Shown here: positions 1 to 9,991 of the stretch, piece by piece | Layout: each line of letters begins with the position of its first letter | Numbering within the stretch: the stretch's first letter is position 1 | Assembly: GCA_965649205.1 (NCBI GenBank) | Contig: CBFGJV010000001.1 | Coordinates: forward strand, 32,001-96,000 | DNA: 64,000 bases | Direction: 5' to 3' | Origin: a candidate division WOR-3 bacterium | GTDB taxonomy: Bacteria; Hydrothermota; Tepidihabitantia; Tepidihabitantales; Tepidihabitantaceae | Notes under the pieces: generated by a model | Databases searched by the model: none | Told to the model about the DNA's origin: nothing | Seen by the model: only the letters and a program-made list of their open reading frames with translations | Position numbers and translations under genes: made by a program

Positions 1-923
1 TACTGGTACACATTGGTCGGCTAATGCATGAAGAGCCTGGGTAGAGACCTGCACCGGTCCGACAACAACAAGTCCTTCGAGCCCGGCGAGTGGAATCTGG
101 CGTTGAGTTACACCCTTGCGGTCTATTACTTCAAGTGCCATCCCGGTGATGCCAATTCTCGTTCCTTGGGACAGTGCCACTAGCTGAATACCCTCGTCAC
201 GGGGCGGCCACAGCTTGCGGGGTGTGGTTTGTTCAGTTTCGGTTTGGCCGCGCTGGAAGTTGATTTCGTCCGGCAGGCAGATGGGGAGAAGTGAACACCG
301 GGGCAGCGCGGGTCATTGACGAGAGGGAGAGGGCGGGGGCCTTCGGCGCACTTCTTAGCCGCCTCAAGTATAGTCAGCGCTTCGTTGCGCAACTGCTGGT
401 CAACCGGAATAGTGAGCTTGCGCTTTTCCTCAGCATAGTACAGCACCGCTTCATTCACTGTGTATCCAGCTTCTTCCAACAGAAGTGCCTGCAGTCCTAC
501 TTGAATCCGATCCGCAGGCCAAGGCGCAACTACCGTCAATGGTGGTGAATCTGCTTCTTCAGTCTCCTCGGGTGGTGGGGCGATGGAAAGGTGTTTTGGC
601 GCGCCTTTGCGGTATTCTACTGGTGTGGCCGTGTTACCAAAGATTTCAGCCAAGTCAAGAACGGCGCTGATCCCGAGCCGGGTACTGGAAAGAGCGAGGG
701 AACGGATGGATTTCGGTCTGTCCGGGTCTTCGTCAGATTCGGTCTCTTCTTTCCTGTCAGACGGAGCGCAGCTCGGTCGGTCAACCCAGCGGTGGACCGC
801 ACAACCTTGCTCGGTGTCGGGTGAGGGCAGAAAGATGCCCTCAACTGCCATATAGTAGAATAGACGCGGGCAGTAGGCGTACTCGGCGACGTTGCGGCAG
901 CCCCAGAGTTCAGACTCGCTCAC
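1..923 (-). pseudogene. cas4-cas1: Cas4-Cas1 fusion, frameshifted, truncated by the window edge
   Basis: The N-terminal Cas4 part has YCPRLFY, DL..E, PVEYRKG and QVGLQALLLEE. Restoring one base in the GGGG run at 300-303 gives CPRCSLLPICLPDE, which completes the four-Cys Fe-S cluster. That frame stays open to position 1 (..GTRIGITGMALEV..IPLAGLEGLVVVGPVQVSTQALHAL..), typical of the Cas1 N-terminus. Confidence 0.9.
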
Positions 924-926
924 AGA

Positions 927-3900
927 CTACAGACCGGCCCACTCACGCAGGCGTTCAATAACCCGGAATTTCACCTTATTCCAGTACTCGATGGAGCTCT
1001 GCCAACTGTCGGATTCAATTGCTGCGGCTGACACATCGCGCCAGGCGTTGACCACGTCTTTGTCAACGGTTTCACTGAGTAGTTGCCCATTCAGGTCGAA
1101 TGCCTTCGTACCCTTACACCTGTCCTTTGCCGGCTTGCCGTTCCTGCCGCAGGGGATCCACCACCACCTACCTGGCCAGTCCGGGTCCAGGAGCGCGCGC
1201 AGGCCGATGTTGGCGGCAGCATTGAGGTCGGCCTGGATGCCTTTGGACGCGGGCGAGTTTCTGTCCGCCGAGACGAAAAGTTCACCTGAGCGGTCAAGAA
1301 TCCGTACCAACTTTGTGTTGTCGGTGCAGCCGTCCCACTTCGCCTTGAGTGCTTCGAGGTACTCGTTTTCTGCTCCCGCGGCGTTTTTGACCAGCCGTTC
1401 GTAGCGCCTCAGGAATTCCGGCACAGGCAGGTCTGTGCATCTTGCGCCCGGCGCGCCGGTGCGGGAATCCTGCCGGGAGGTGTAATTGGGTATTACTTGG
1501 CGGAGGTGCAGGCCATTCAATTCGCAGGCTTCTTTCAGATACCTGAGAACTTTTACCGCTGACCACTGCATCAATTGACGGTTCTCGCGGCGGGTGCGGA
1601 TCTGCTCAGGTCGATAGGAATCCAGATTTTCAACCACAACGGCATGGCAGGGTTTAAAGCGAGGTTCGACGATTGGTTTCTGAGGCCGCTTACCCCCTTC
1701 CCAATGTTTCTTGTCTTCGGAACCGATGCCCAGCGCGGCTTCCACAATTCTGGAAGCCAGTTGTTTCACCCGGTTCTCGCGCAGATGTTCTAGTGTATTA
1801 AGGACTCGCTGGCCGTAGTTATCCAATCGTATGTCCCCTTTTTCGGGTGTGTTTCTGCGAATGTCTTCCGGCTCCGGTCTTGTCGTGTACGCTTTCATGG
1901 CTTGCCACAATTCGCGGATGTTTGCGAGTCGGTCCAATGACAGGCCACCTACGTGTCGGATAGAGGCATCGGATTTCGGTCTGCCGCGGGGCAGTAGCCA
2001 GTTACGAAGCCAGCGAAGATGACCTTTCCATTGTTTGTCATCTTCGCGCCAACGTGTGGCCCAGATAGTGTGTAGCTTCATCCGTAACTGGGGATTGCCG
2101 GCTAGTTTCGCCGCATAGTCAGTCAGTAGTTTGCGAAGATTCCTATTGTAAGTCTTGAGGTCGGCTTGCGTTGCGTCTTCGCCTGGCGCGGGTGGAAGTT
2201 CCGCCTGCACGTATGTGTGCCACATTTCCTTGGCCCAGTCGTCGCGCCAGCGGGGGCTTTGGAACAGACTCTGCCAGAGTATCAGGGTGTCTTCTAGGAA
2301 CTCTCGGCGCCTGTCCGAGGTCAATTCTTCCCAGCGGTCGCCTGGTAGCGGCTTCCGGTCGGTTTTCAGGTTAAAAGCAATTCGAGCTCGATCGCCATGG
2401 CGGCGAAGTCCGAGCCGGGCGGTGTGGACCGCATCAGCCATCAGGCTGACTATGTTGTGAGGCAGAGGGTTGTCTTTCGTTCGGATGCGACCGAGCCAGG
2501 CTTCGAACTGCTGCACTGCTGCATATTCATCAGGCGATGCCTTCCGGCCGGTTTCATTTTCGCCCTGCAGTTTGATAAGGAATTGCCGGTCGAGTCTTGC
2601 CCACATATCCGGGCCGGTACGACGGTAAATTGTCCTAAGTCTCTTACCGTTTTGACTGAGGAGCAGATGCAGGGCAAGGTCACCGGGTTTCGGCGGCTTT
2701 CGCCCGGCCTCTACGCAGAGGCGGGTCATCTGCTCTTCGGTAAGGGTCTCCCAGACCGCACAGGCTGCCGCGTAGCGGTGGCCGAGGTCCAGTGATAGCA
2801 CACGAAAGCCCGGGAATACGGCATAGCATAAGAGTGGCATGCCCTTTCCGTCCTTTATTGTCTTCAGCGTGCGGCCAGGCTTGCGGGTCCTCGTCCAGGT
2901 TGAGTCTGCGGGCCAAGGTTGCCCAAGGGCCGGCTTCCTGTGTCTGCAGGCGGCCAGAGAAGGTGATGAACCAGTTCAGGCCGTTGCGCATTTTAACAGC
3001 TTTTGCATCCCAGCCATGCTTCTGCACGCGTCTGGCTAGCCGGTCGAGCTGGGCGCGGGGCGCCTGCAGGCGGCCGTTCCAGTCCTTCTCGACGAATACA
3101 TTTAGGACAAGCACAGCTGTTTCGCTGCCGATGCCGGCTGCGGCGCGGCTGAGTCGGTCGGCGCGGCTAACCCGGACACCATCCGGAGCCTGTTCTAACA
3201 TTAGATCAGCAACAAGCCGCTTGGACTGCCAGAGCATTGCGGTTCTGCCAAGCGATGAGCCTGTTACGGTACGTAGCGTAAGCCGCCGGTCGGACAGGGC
3301 GGCGCGGAATCGCGCGCGGGCTTTTTCAAGTTGTTTCTGTGCCCTGAGTAGCTGGGTGGGCATTTTTTCACCAGTGGTTTCGCCACAATACGCGAGAGAC
3401 TGTTTTAATCCGTCCACTTTCAAAACCGCTTTCAGGCAGGAGTTCGCAGCTTTGTGTACGGCAAAAGAAATTGCCCAGCGAGACTTGCCGTAGTCGCAGA
3501 ACACCGGATGAGATAATGGATGAGGATGACGATAGGCCGGGACTTTGAAGCGGCGCATCTTCGCCTGGGCGTCGCGTGCGTTAACATAGTCAAGGAGCGG
3601 CTGCGGGTCGGGTCTGCCGTTGCGCAACCAGACGATGCTGGCGCCTTCTGCAGACAATGCCTCGAACAGAGTTATGTCGCCGAACTTCTCGATTTCGTCC
3701 TGCAGTTCTCTGGCCGCAGCCTTGCGGTCTTCGGCGGTGCGGCAGTCTCTTGCAGACCAGGCTTTCACAATTTCTTCCCAACTTTCTACCGCCCGGGGCT
3801 GAATTTGGAGCGGGCCGACCGCACCAGTCAGGCGGCCACGTTCTTCCAAGAATTCGTCCAGCCATTGTTCCACATCGGTCGGAACCTGCTTTTGGGCCTG

Positions 3901-5100
3901 TTCCGCTAACTTCTGGCGGTTGGCTTCGGCCCGTTTTTGCCAGGAGTGGGCGGAGGAAACCCTCCTGAGTGCGAGATCCAGCATTACCGAGTACTCGTCT
4001 GTCAGGTTCCGGCCACAGACAAAGGGTAGGCCGGTGGCTTTCTCGACGCGGGCGCGCAATGTCTCGGCCCATTTGGGCACGTTTCTAGCACCCTTTTTTA
4101 TTTTCTCCATTTTCTCGTCGGCCTCGGCTGCCAGTTTGGCCTGCATAGTTGAGATCGTATCCGATGTTAGTACCGGCATGGCGTAAACTTTCTCAATAGC
4201 CAGTTTTCCCTGCGAGGGGCGACCTTTCCATCCGATGGCTTTGTAGATGCTGCTGAGCAAGTCTCCCTTTTCCGTCGCCTGAAGAAGTGTCAGAAGGTGG
4301 CTAGCCAAGGCAGAGCCGGACTGACCCTCGTAGTGGCTCAGGTCCGCAGTAGCAAGCGTGCGCAGCTTTTCTGCTATTCGCTCCAGGTCGCTTTTTTCTC
4401 CAGTTCCCCAACAGTTCACGATCCAGCTGCGAGCCTTCTCTCGAAATTTTGTTTCGTGCGCGGCCGCCGCGGTTGATCCGGATTCTGGTAGCTTGAGGAA
4501 TTCGTCTAAGTCCCCAAATAACTCTCTAATCGCCGACTGCGCTTGTTCCCTGGTAAGGGTCTTATCGTTCTGCGCTTCCACGTCGAATGCCTTGGCGCGG
4601 TTGACCCAGACCGCGTCTTCTCGAATGGCGGCACAGAGCGAATCTTTGCAGTCGGCAACCCAGGTCTCGATTTCCTCCTTGGTCAGACCACGTGAGGCGA
4701 GAACTTCCTAGAGCGCGGCAACGATTTTGCACTTGCGGTCGGGCGCGGCGTCTTTGCCGGTGGCCACGATGTACTCGGCCGGAGCACCGTCGGCGGATTC
4801 AACCGAGAGCCAGGAAAGTGCGAGCATTATACGACGGTGACGAGTTTCTTGGTCGTCGGGACGGCGTTCGGTTTTCTTCTGGCCTTTTCCTTCGGTTACC
4901 GATAGCTCTGTAAGACGGTGGTCCAGACCACCGCGGAGGGTGAGGAGCCAGTCAGCGAAGACCTTGGTTCCCTTGTTGATTGTCTCGTGCGTACGCCATA
5001 GTGCCTCGCGCCAAGCCTCATCTTCGCTTCCTTCTCTGCCCGGTATGCCGCGCAGGCGCAGCGTGTAGGCCCGTTGGGTAATTGTCGCAGACGTCGTCAC
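927..5100 (-). pseudogene. cas12b: Type V-B CRISPR effector Cas12b (C2c1), ~1390 aa when repaired, split by an in-frame TAG (4708-4710) and a +1 frameshift (AAA 2805-2807)
   Basis: ORFs 4708-5100 and 2680-4581 are in one frame across the TAG (KIVAAL*EVLASRG...DAVWVNRAKAFD). Removing one A at 2805-2807 joins RIPGL to RVLSLDLGHRY. RuvC I/II/III motifs are present (SLDLG, VVVENL, QADLNAAANIG), plus TQRAYTLRL, FKVPAYRHP, WNGRLQAPR and YTSRQDSRTGAPG, which I recall from Chloracidobacterium/Desulfatirhabdium-type C2c1. Lies directly upstream of cas4-cas1. Confidence 0.9.
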
Positions 5101-5155
5101 CTCCTGTCGTTGCGCGGTATGCAGAAAGCTTAGGTGGGAAAATTGGATTTGTCAA
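5097..5155 (-). promoter_or_regulatory. Sigma70 promoter and SD of the cas operon
   Basis: Minus strand TTGACA (5155-5150), 17 bp, TAAGCT (5132-5127); AGGAGGTGA at 5105-5097. Confidence 0.7.
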
Positions 5156-5475
5156 GAGAGCGGCGGGAGGGTAGCAAGGTAGGCGGTTCGGGGAGCAGGA
5201 AGGGGATTACTCCACCAGGCGGCGGGCGGGGCGCATCAGAGGGCAGGAAGGATAGTAGGTCGCTGCATGGGAGAGTGGGCGGGTCGGTGAGGGACTCGGC
5301 GGGCGGGTGGGCTATTGGACGGGGGAGTTGCCGGGTCTGCGGCCGGGAGGACTACGGGGGATACGGACCGGTGGGCAGGTGGTGGAGTGGCTCAGGGAGC
5401 GGCGGAGCGGGCAGGAGACCGGGTTATCCGGAGAGCCACGGAGGGAGCCGCTGGGGGAGCTGGGGAGGGGGGTAA
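5156..5475 (+). repeat. G-rich degenerate 12-bp tandem array
   Basis: Units in 12-bp register from 5319: acgggggagttg, ccgggaggacta, gtggtggagtgg, ctcagggagcgg, cggagggagccg, ctgggggagctg. Confidence 0.6.
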
Positions 5476-5529
5476 CGGAGGATTTCAGGTATCAGATTGT
5501 GGTGCAAGGAGTTAGGTCGCTAAGAAGCC

Positions 5530-5558
5530 TTGCGGACCGTAATACTAATGAGTATTAT
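5530..5558 (+). promoter_or_regulatory. Promoter with overlapping palindromic operator upstream of the HTH gene
   Basis: TTGCGG (5530-5535) and a TATTAT -10 box just upstream of ATG 5568, overlapped by the inverted repeat TAATACT-aatg-AGTATTA (5540-5557). Confidence 0.65.
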
Positions 5559-5567
5559 CAAGTCTGT

Positions 5568-6709
5568 ATGGGCCGCAGGTATGTGCAGGATTCTTTCTAC
5601 TTCCCGCAGGCGCTGGGCGAGCGGCTGCGGGAGCTTAGGCTGCGGGCGGGCCTGACCCAGAAGGAGCTGGCAAGTATGGCCGGGCGGGAGTTTCGGGGCG
5701 GGCAGGCCATGGTGAGCAGGCTGGAAAGAGGCCGCATTCGGAGCCCTTCTTTGCGGTTGGTGGCGGATTTTCTGCGGGCCTGTCGAGCGAGTTTTGACGA
5801 CATCCGCGATGTCCTGCACGCCTACACGGCGCAGCCATTGGTGGCGGAGAAGCGGGCAAGAAGGGCGGTGCAGAGACTGGTGGAGGTTTTGCCGGAGGGT
5901 GTGGCGGGAAGGTGGATAAGTACGATGTGAAGACGGCAGTGTGGCGTCGGCACCAGGGAGATTTGCCGGAGGCAGAGGCGGCACGGTTGGAGAGAGTGAG
6001 GGGAATGGCTCAGCAGTTGCTTTTGCGGCAGAAGTTGGAGGAGAGGTTGCATATTGCCCTGAATCATATCGGCGCCAGGCGGGGCGGGCCGGCAAGAAAG
6101 GCGCTGGCCGATTTTGGTCGCAAGGTTTGGGCTATTTTGCGCCGAACGCGGGCGCAGCCAAAGAAGAGGGCGTACCTTTTGTCTGAGGCGGGCGAGAAGC
6201 TGAGGCAGGAACGGGTGGTGACAGACGAGGCCATACGTTATATCGAAACCGTGACGTGCGAGCTTTTTGCGGAGCTGGAGCAGAAGGGCGAGTTGGATCG
6301 CTTGCCGAGCGTAGAGGTCACAGAGGGGCTGCTGGCCAAAAGGGCGGGGGAGCGAGTTATGCGAGATGAGCAGATGTGCGCGGAGGAGTGGAGAAAGCAG
6401 TTGCGGGAGTACGAGCAGGCGCGGGAGCGAATGCTGAGACAGGTGCTGGACGAAGCGAGACCGTTGTTTGCGGAGAAGGGAAAGCAGGAGGAGGTATTCT
6501 ATATTGGCGTGGTAAGAGGTTGTTTGTATGCGGCGCAACGGACGCGGGCGGGGAGTAAAGAGCGGGAGCAGGCAACAGAGGAAGCGTTGCAAGTGGTACG
6601 CAGGAAAGGGCTGGATGTAGAGTTGGCGCGACAGGTGGCCGAGTTTGCCTTGCGCAGGTTTGACGAGTTGCTGCGTTTTCTCCCGCCGAATCCCCGGACG
6701 CAGCTCTGA
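5568..6709 (+). pseudogene. Xre/Cro-family HTH protein with long helical C-terminal region; probable 1-bp deletion near 5906-5908, or two overlapping genes
   Basis: LGERLRELRLRAGLTQKELA...MVSRLERG is an Xre HTH. The frame ends at 5930; adding one G in GCGGGAAG joins it to ORF 5912-6709 (~380 aa in total). Confidence 0.6.
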
Positions 6710-6733
6710 GCGAAGCGCGGAAATGACATTTGT

Positions 6734-6761
6734 TTGACGGCGGTGGAGTTTCTCTTACACT
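6734..6761 (+). promoter_or_regulatory. Sigma70 promoter of the methyltransferase operon, probably leaderless
   Basis: TTGACG, 16 bp, TACACT, 6 bp before ATG 6768; no SD. Confidence 0.65.
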
Positions 6762-6767
6762 TGGGCT

Positions 6768-7433
6768 ATGAGTGAAATTTTGCGTCGAATTGCCCGAGCA
6801 GTGGAGTCAGGTCACAGCGATGCTGCATCGCCGTATCCGCCAGATATGGTGGGTGAGCCTGGCGTAGATGAACTGACTCGGCAGGCTTTGGCAGAAGGCA
6901 TACAGGTAAGGCGGTTGTTGTATGAGGGTCTGGTGGCGGGAATGAAGGCTATTGGCGAGAGGTTCAGCGAGGGGAGTGCGTTTCTGCCCGAGGTTCTGAT
7001 GGCGGCGCGGGCTTTGGCTGCGGGCTTTACACATCTGCAGCCGTACTTTTCGTCTGGCGCAGTGAAGCATAAGGGGACGGTGATTCTGGGTACAGTACAG
7101 GGCGACTTGCACGATATCGGCAAGAAGATTGTGGGTCTGTTTTTTAACGGGGCAGGGTGGAGAGTGGTGGATTTGGGCGTGGATGTGCCGCTGGAACGGT
7201 TTCTGGCCGCAATCGAGGAGCACAAGCCGCAGGCAGTGGGCTTGAGCACGCTCTTGACTACGACTATGCCGAGCATGGCAAAGATTACGGCTGGCATAAA
7301 ATCCCGGTATCCAGAGTTGAAGGTGGTGGTAGGGGGTGCGCCTTTGACTGCTGAGTTTGCCGCCAGCATAGGGGCGGACTTTTATGGCGCGGACCCGCAG
7401 ATGGCCTTAGACTATCTGGACGGTGCGGTATGA
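6768..7433 (+). CDS. Corrinoid (B12-binding) protein
   Basis: Cap domain FLPEVLMAA plus GTVQGDLHDIGK (DxHxxG), GLSTLLTTT and VGGAP. Confidence 0.92.
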   Translation: MSEILRRIARAVESGHSDAASPYPPDMVGEPGVDELTRQALAEGIQVRRLLYEGLVAGMKAIGERFSEGSAFLPEVLMAARALAAGFTHLQPYFSSGAVKHKGTVILGTVQGDLHDIGKKIVGLFFNGAGWRVVDLGVDVPLERFLAAIEEHKPQAVGLSTLLTTTMPSMAKITAGIKSRYPELKVVVGGAPLTAEFAASIGADFYGADPQMALDYLDGAV

Positions 7434-8515
7434 CGAGCAGGGAAGTTATTACCGCGTTGGTGAGGGATAAGGAATGTCCCGAACGAGTGGGGCATCAGGA
7501 GAGTTTTTGGGAGGACTTGCGACCGGCCTGGGAAGAGCAGGGGTTGCCGCGCGAGGGCCGCATGCAGGAGATTCTGGACTTGGATATTATTCCCATAAAC
7601 GAAGAGTGGACCAGCACCGAGGCGCGAGTGGGCTACAGGCGAATTCTGGAGGAGACAGAAACAACCTATGTGGAAGAGAACGGTTGGGGTTCGGTGATGC
7701 GTTATTGGAAAGGAAAGTCTGGCACCCCAGAGCATCTGTCCTTTGCCCTGACCGACGAGAAGGTATGGAAGGAGAAGTACCGGGACCTTTTGACGAGTTT
7801 TGATATCCGCCGTCTGGGAGACCTGGAAAGATTGAAGAAGAGGTATCGCGAGCTGGAGTCTTCGGACAAGTTCCGGGTTTACGAGGTGCTGCAGATATTT
7901 GAGATAATGCGGCAGGCGATGGGCGATGTGATAATGCTGGAGGCGATGTGTTTGAATCCGGCCTGGATAACGGATTTCTGCACGGTAATGACCGATAACA
8001 TCATTATGCACCTGGAGTATGAGATACGGGAGGTTGGCCTGCCGGACGGTATCTGGTTCTATGAGGACCTGGGTTATCGGCATCTGCCTTTTGTCTCGCC
8101 GCAGATGTATAGAGACCTTCTGCTGCCGCATCACCGTCGGTTTGTGGATTTCTGTCACAGTTATGGTCTGCCGGTGATAATGCATACCTGCGGCAATATC
8201 GCTCCTCTCTTTCCTTATCTTCTGGAAACGGGTATAGATTGTTTGCAGCCGCTGGAAGCCAAGACCGGGCAGAATTTTATCAAGATGGCCGAACTGGCTT
8301 CCCGGCGCATAGCTTATATGGGGAATATGGATATCCGGGCGTTTGAGACTAATGACCCGCAGGCCTTGGCGGCAGAAATTTTGCCCAAGCTGCAGGCGGC
8401 GATAGAGAAACGGATACCTTACATTTTCCATTCCGACCACAGTATTCCCCGTACGGTCAAGCTGGCCACCTATCGCTACGCCCGAGCGTTGGTTGATGAG
8501 TACGGTCGTTACTGA
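7430..8515 (+). CDS. Uroporphyrinogen decarboxylase family / MtaA-CmuA-like methyltransferase
   Basis: EDLG..SPQMYR, HTCG, GIDCLQPLE, MGNMD, YIFHSDHSIP; ATGA overlap with the corrinoid gene. Confidence 0.8.
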   Translation: MTSREVITALVRDKECPERVGHQESFWEDLRPAWEEQGLPREGRMQEILDLDIIPINEEWTSTEARVGYRRILEETETTYVEENGWGSVMRYWKGKSGTPEHLSFALTDEKVWKEKYRDLLTSFDIRRLGDLERLKKRYRELESSDKFRVYEVLQIFEIMRQAMGDVIMLEAMCLNPAWITDFCTVMTDNIIMHLEYEIREVGLPDGIWFYEDLGYRHLPFVSPQMYRDLLLPHHRRFVDFCHSYGLPVIMHTCGNIAPLFPYLLETGIDCLQPLEAKTGQNFIKMAELASRRIAYMGNMDIRAFETNDPQALAAEILPKLQAAIEKRIPYIFHSDHSIPRTVKLATYRYARALVDEYGRY

Positions 8516-8530
8516 AACTGAGGGGGAAAA

Positions 8531-9991
8531 ATGAGACCAAAGTTGAAGCTGCTTAGCGAGGGACTTGTTGAGCAGATTGTAGCCGAGGCACTGGACCTGC
8601 TGGCCGTGTTGGGAGTAGAAATAAACAACCCCGGGCTGGTTGAACTGCTGTTGGCCCAGGGCGCAGAATGGGATACCGAGAAGAAAAGGTTGCTGTTGCC
8701 CGAGTCCATGGTGAGGCAGGCTTTGGCTGCTGCTCCGTGTTCGTTCCGGTTGTATGATGTGCGAGGGGAGATGACAAATGAACTGGGGGGTGATAATGTG
8801 TATTTCACCCCGGGTTCTGCGGCGTTGAACATTCTGGATGCAGATACCGGCGAGATGAGACGACCACAGACGCGTGATTACGTGCAGTATGCCAAGCTGG
8901 TGTCGCGTTTAGAACACATTGCGGCCCAGTCCACAGCCCTGATACCGGCAGATGTGCCGGAGAAGATTTCGGACAGCTATCGGTTGTATCTGTCGTTGCT
9001 GTTCTGTGAGAAGCCGGTGGTTACCGGCTGTTTTACGATAGAGTCCTTTCGAGTAATGAAGGAAATGCAGGTGGCGGTGCGGGGTTCTGAAGAGGAGCTT
9101 GTCGCCCGGCCCCTGACCATTTTTTCCTGCTGTCCGACCGCGCCTCTGAAGTGGAGCGAGGTGACTTCGCAGAATGTGGTGGATTGTGCGCGGGCCGGTA
9201 TCCCGGTGGAGTTTATCTCCATGCCTTTGTCCGGCTTTGTGGCGCCTGTCACCCTGGTGGGCACTTTGATTCAGCATACGGCGGAGACCCTGTCGGGTGT
9301 GGTTATCAGTCAAACAGTCGCGCCGGGTTCGCCGATTCTTTATGGCGGTTCGCCGGCGATTTTTGATGTGCGCCGAGAAACTACCCCGATGGGCGCCATA
9401 GAGACGATGATGATTGACTGTGCCAGTGCAGAAATAGGTAAGTACCTGGGTTTGCCCACGCAGGCTTACATCGGTCTTTCCGACGCGAAGCTGCTGGACG
9501 CACAAGCCGGGCTGGAAACAGGCATCGGCGCAGTTCTGGCCGCCTTGGCAGGCGTGAACAGCGTGTCTGGTCCGGGCATGCTGGATTTTGAGAGTTGTCA
9601 GAGTCTGGAGAAGCTGGTGCTGGATAATGAGATATGCGGCATGGCGCTGCGGCTGGTGCGGGGTATTGAGCCGCACGAGGACTTTCCGGCCTTGAATCTT
9701 TTCACCGAACTGTTGAGTGAGAAACATTTGCTTATCAGTCCGCATACCAGGCGCTGGCTGAAGACAGAGCACTACTTTCCCGGGCCGGTGATAGACCGGG
9801 CAAACAGAGGACGCTGGCAGGCTGCCGGTAGTCCTACTCTTTTGGCACGGGCGCGCCGGGAAAAGGAGCGCTTGATCGCCAGCTGGCAGCCGTCCCGTCT
9901 GGCAGAAGAGACAAAAAAGGAACTTACCCGGCTGATGACCACAGAGGCCCGGCGCTGGGGGATGGAACAGCTGCCAGAACTGCCCGCATGA
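8531..9991 (+). CDS. mttB: Trimethylamine methyltransferase (MttB) superfamily protein, non-pyrrolysine type
   Basis: PVTLVGTLIQHTAETLSG, PGSPILYGG, SDAKLLDAQAGLET, GMLD...SLEKLVLDNEI; no internal TAG. Confidence 0.88.
   Translation: MRPKLKLLSEGLVEQIVAEALDLLAVLGVEINNPGLVELLLAQGAEWDTEKKRLLLPESMVRQALAAAPCSFRLYDVRGEMTNELGGDNVYFTPGSAALNILDADTGEMRRPQTRDYVQYAKLVSRLEHIAAQSTALIPADVPEKISDSYRLYLSLLFCEKPVVTGCFTIESFRVMKEMQVAVRGSEEELVARPLTIFSCCPTAPLKWSEVTSQNVVDCARAGIPVEFISMPLSGFVAPVTLVGTLIQHTAETLSGVVISQTVAPGSPILYGGSPAIFDVRRETTPMGAIETMMIDCASAEIGKYLGLPTQAYIGLSDAKLLDAQAGLETGIGAVLAALAGVNSVSGPGMLDFESCQSLEKLVLDNEICGMALRLVRGIEPHEDFPALNLFTELLSEKHLLISPHTRRWLKTEHYFPGPVIDRANRGRWQAAGSPTLLARARREKERLIASWQPSRLAEETKKELTRLMTTEARRWGMEQLPELPA

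Noticed and set aside
4708..4710. Pyrrolysine or TAG read-through rescuing cas12b, given the nearby mttB
   Set aside because: The mttB has no internal TAG, no pyl genes are visible, many genes here (including cas12b) end in TAG, and a frameshift would remain anyway.
5134..5515. CRISPR array, tracrRNA or Gly-rich ORFs upstream of cas12b
   Set aside because: There are no identical direct repeats with unique spacers and no anti-repeat can be tested. The ORFs are by-products of the G-rich array.
5488..5517. dif/Xer-like site after the first array
   Set aside because: Only a vague resemblance to a XerD arm, with no convincing dyad.
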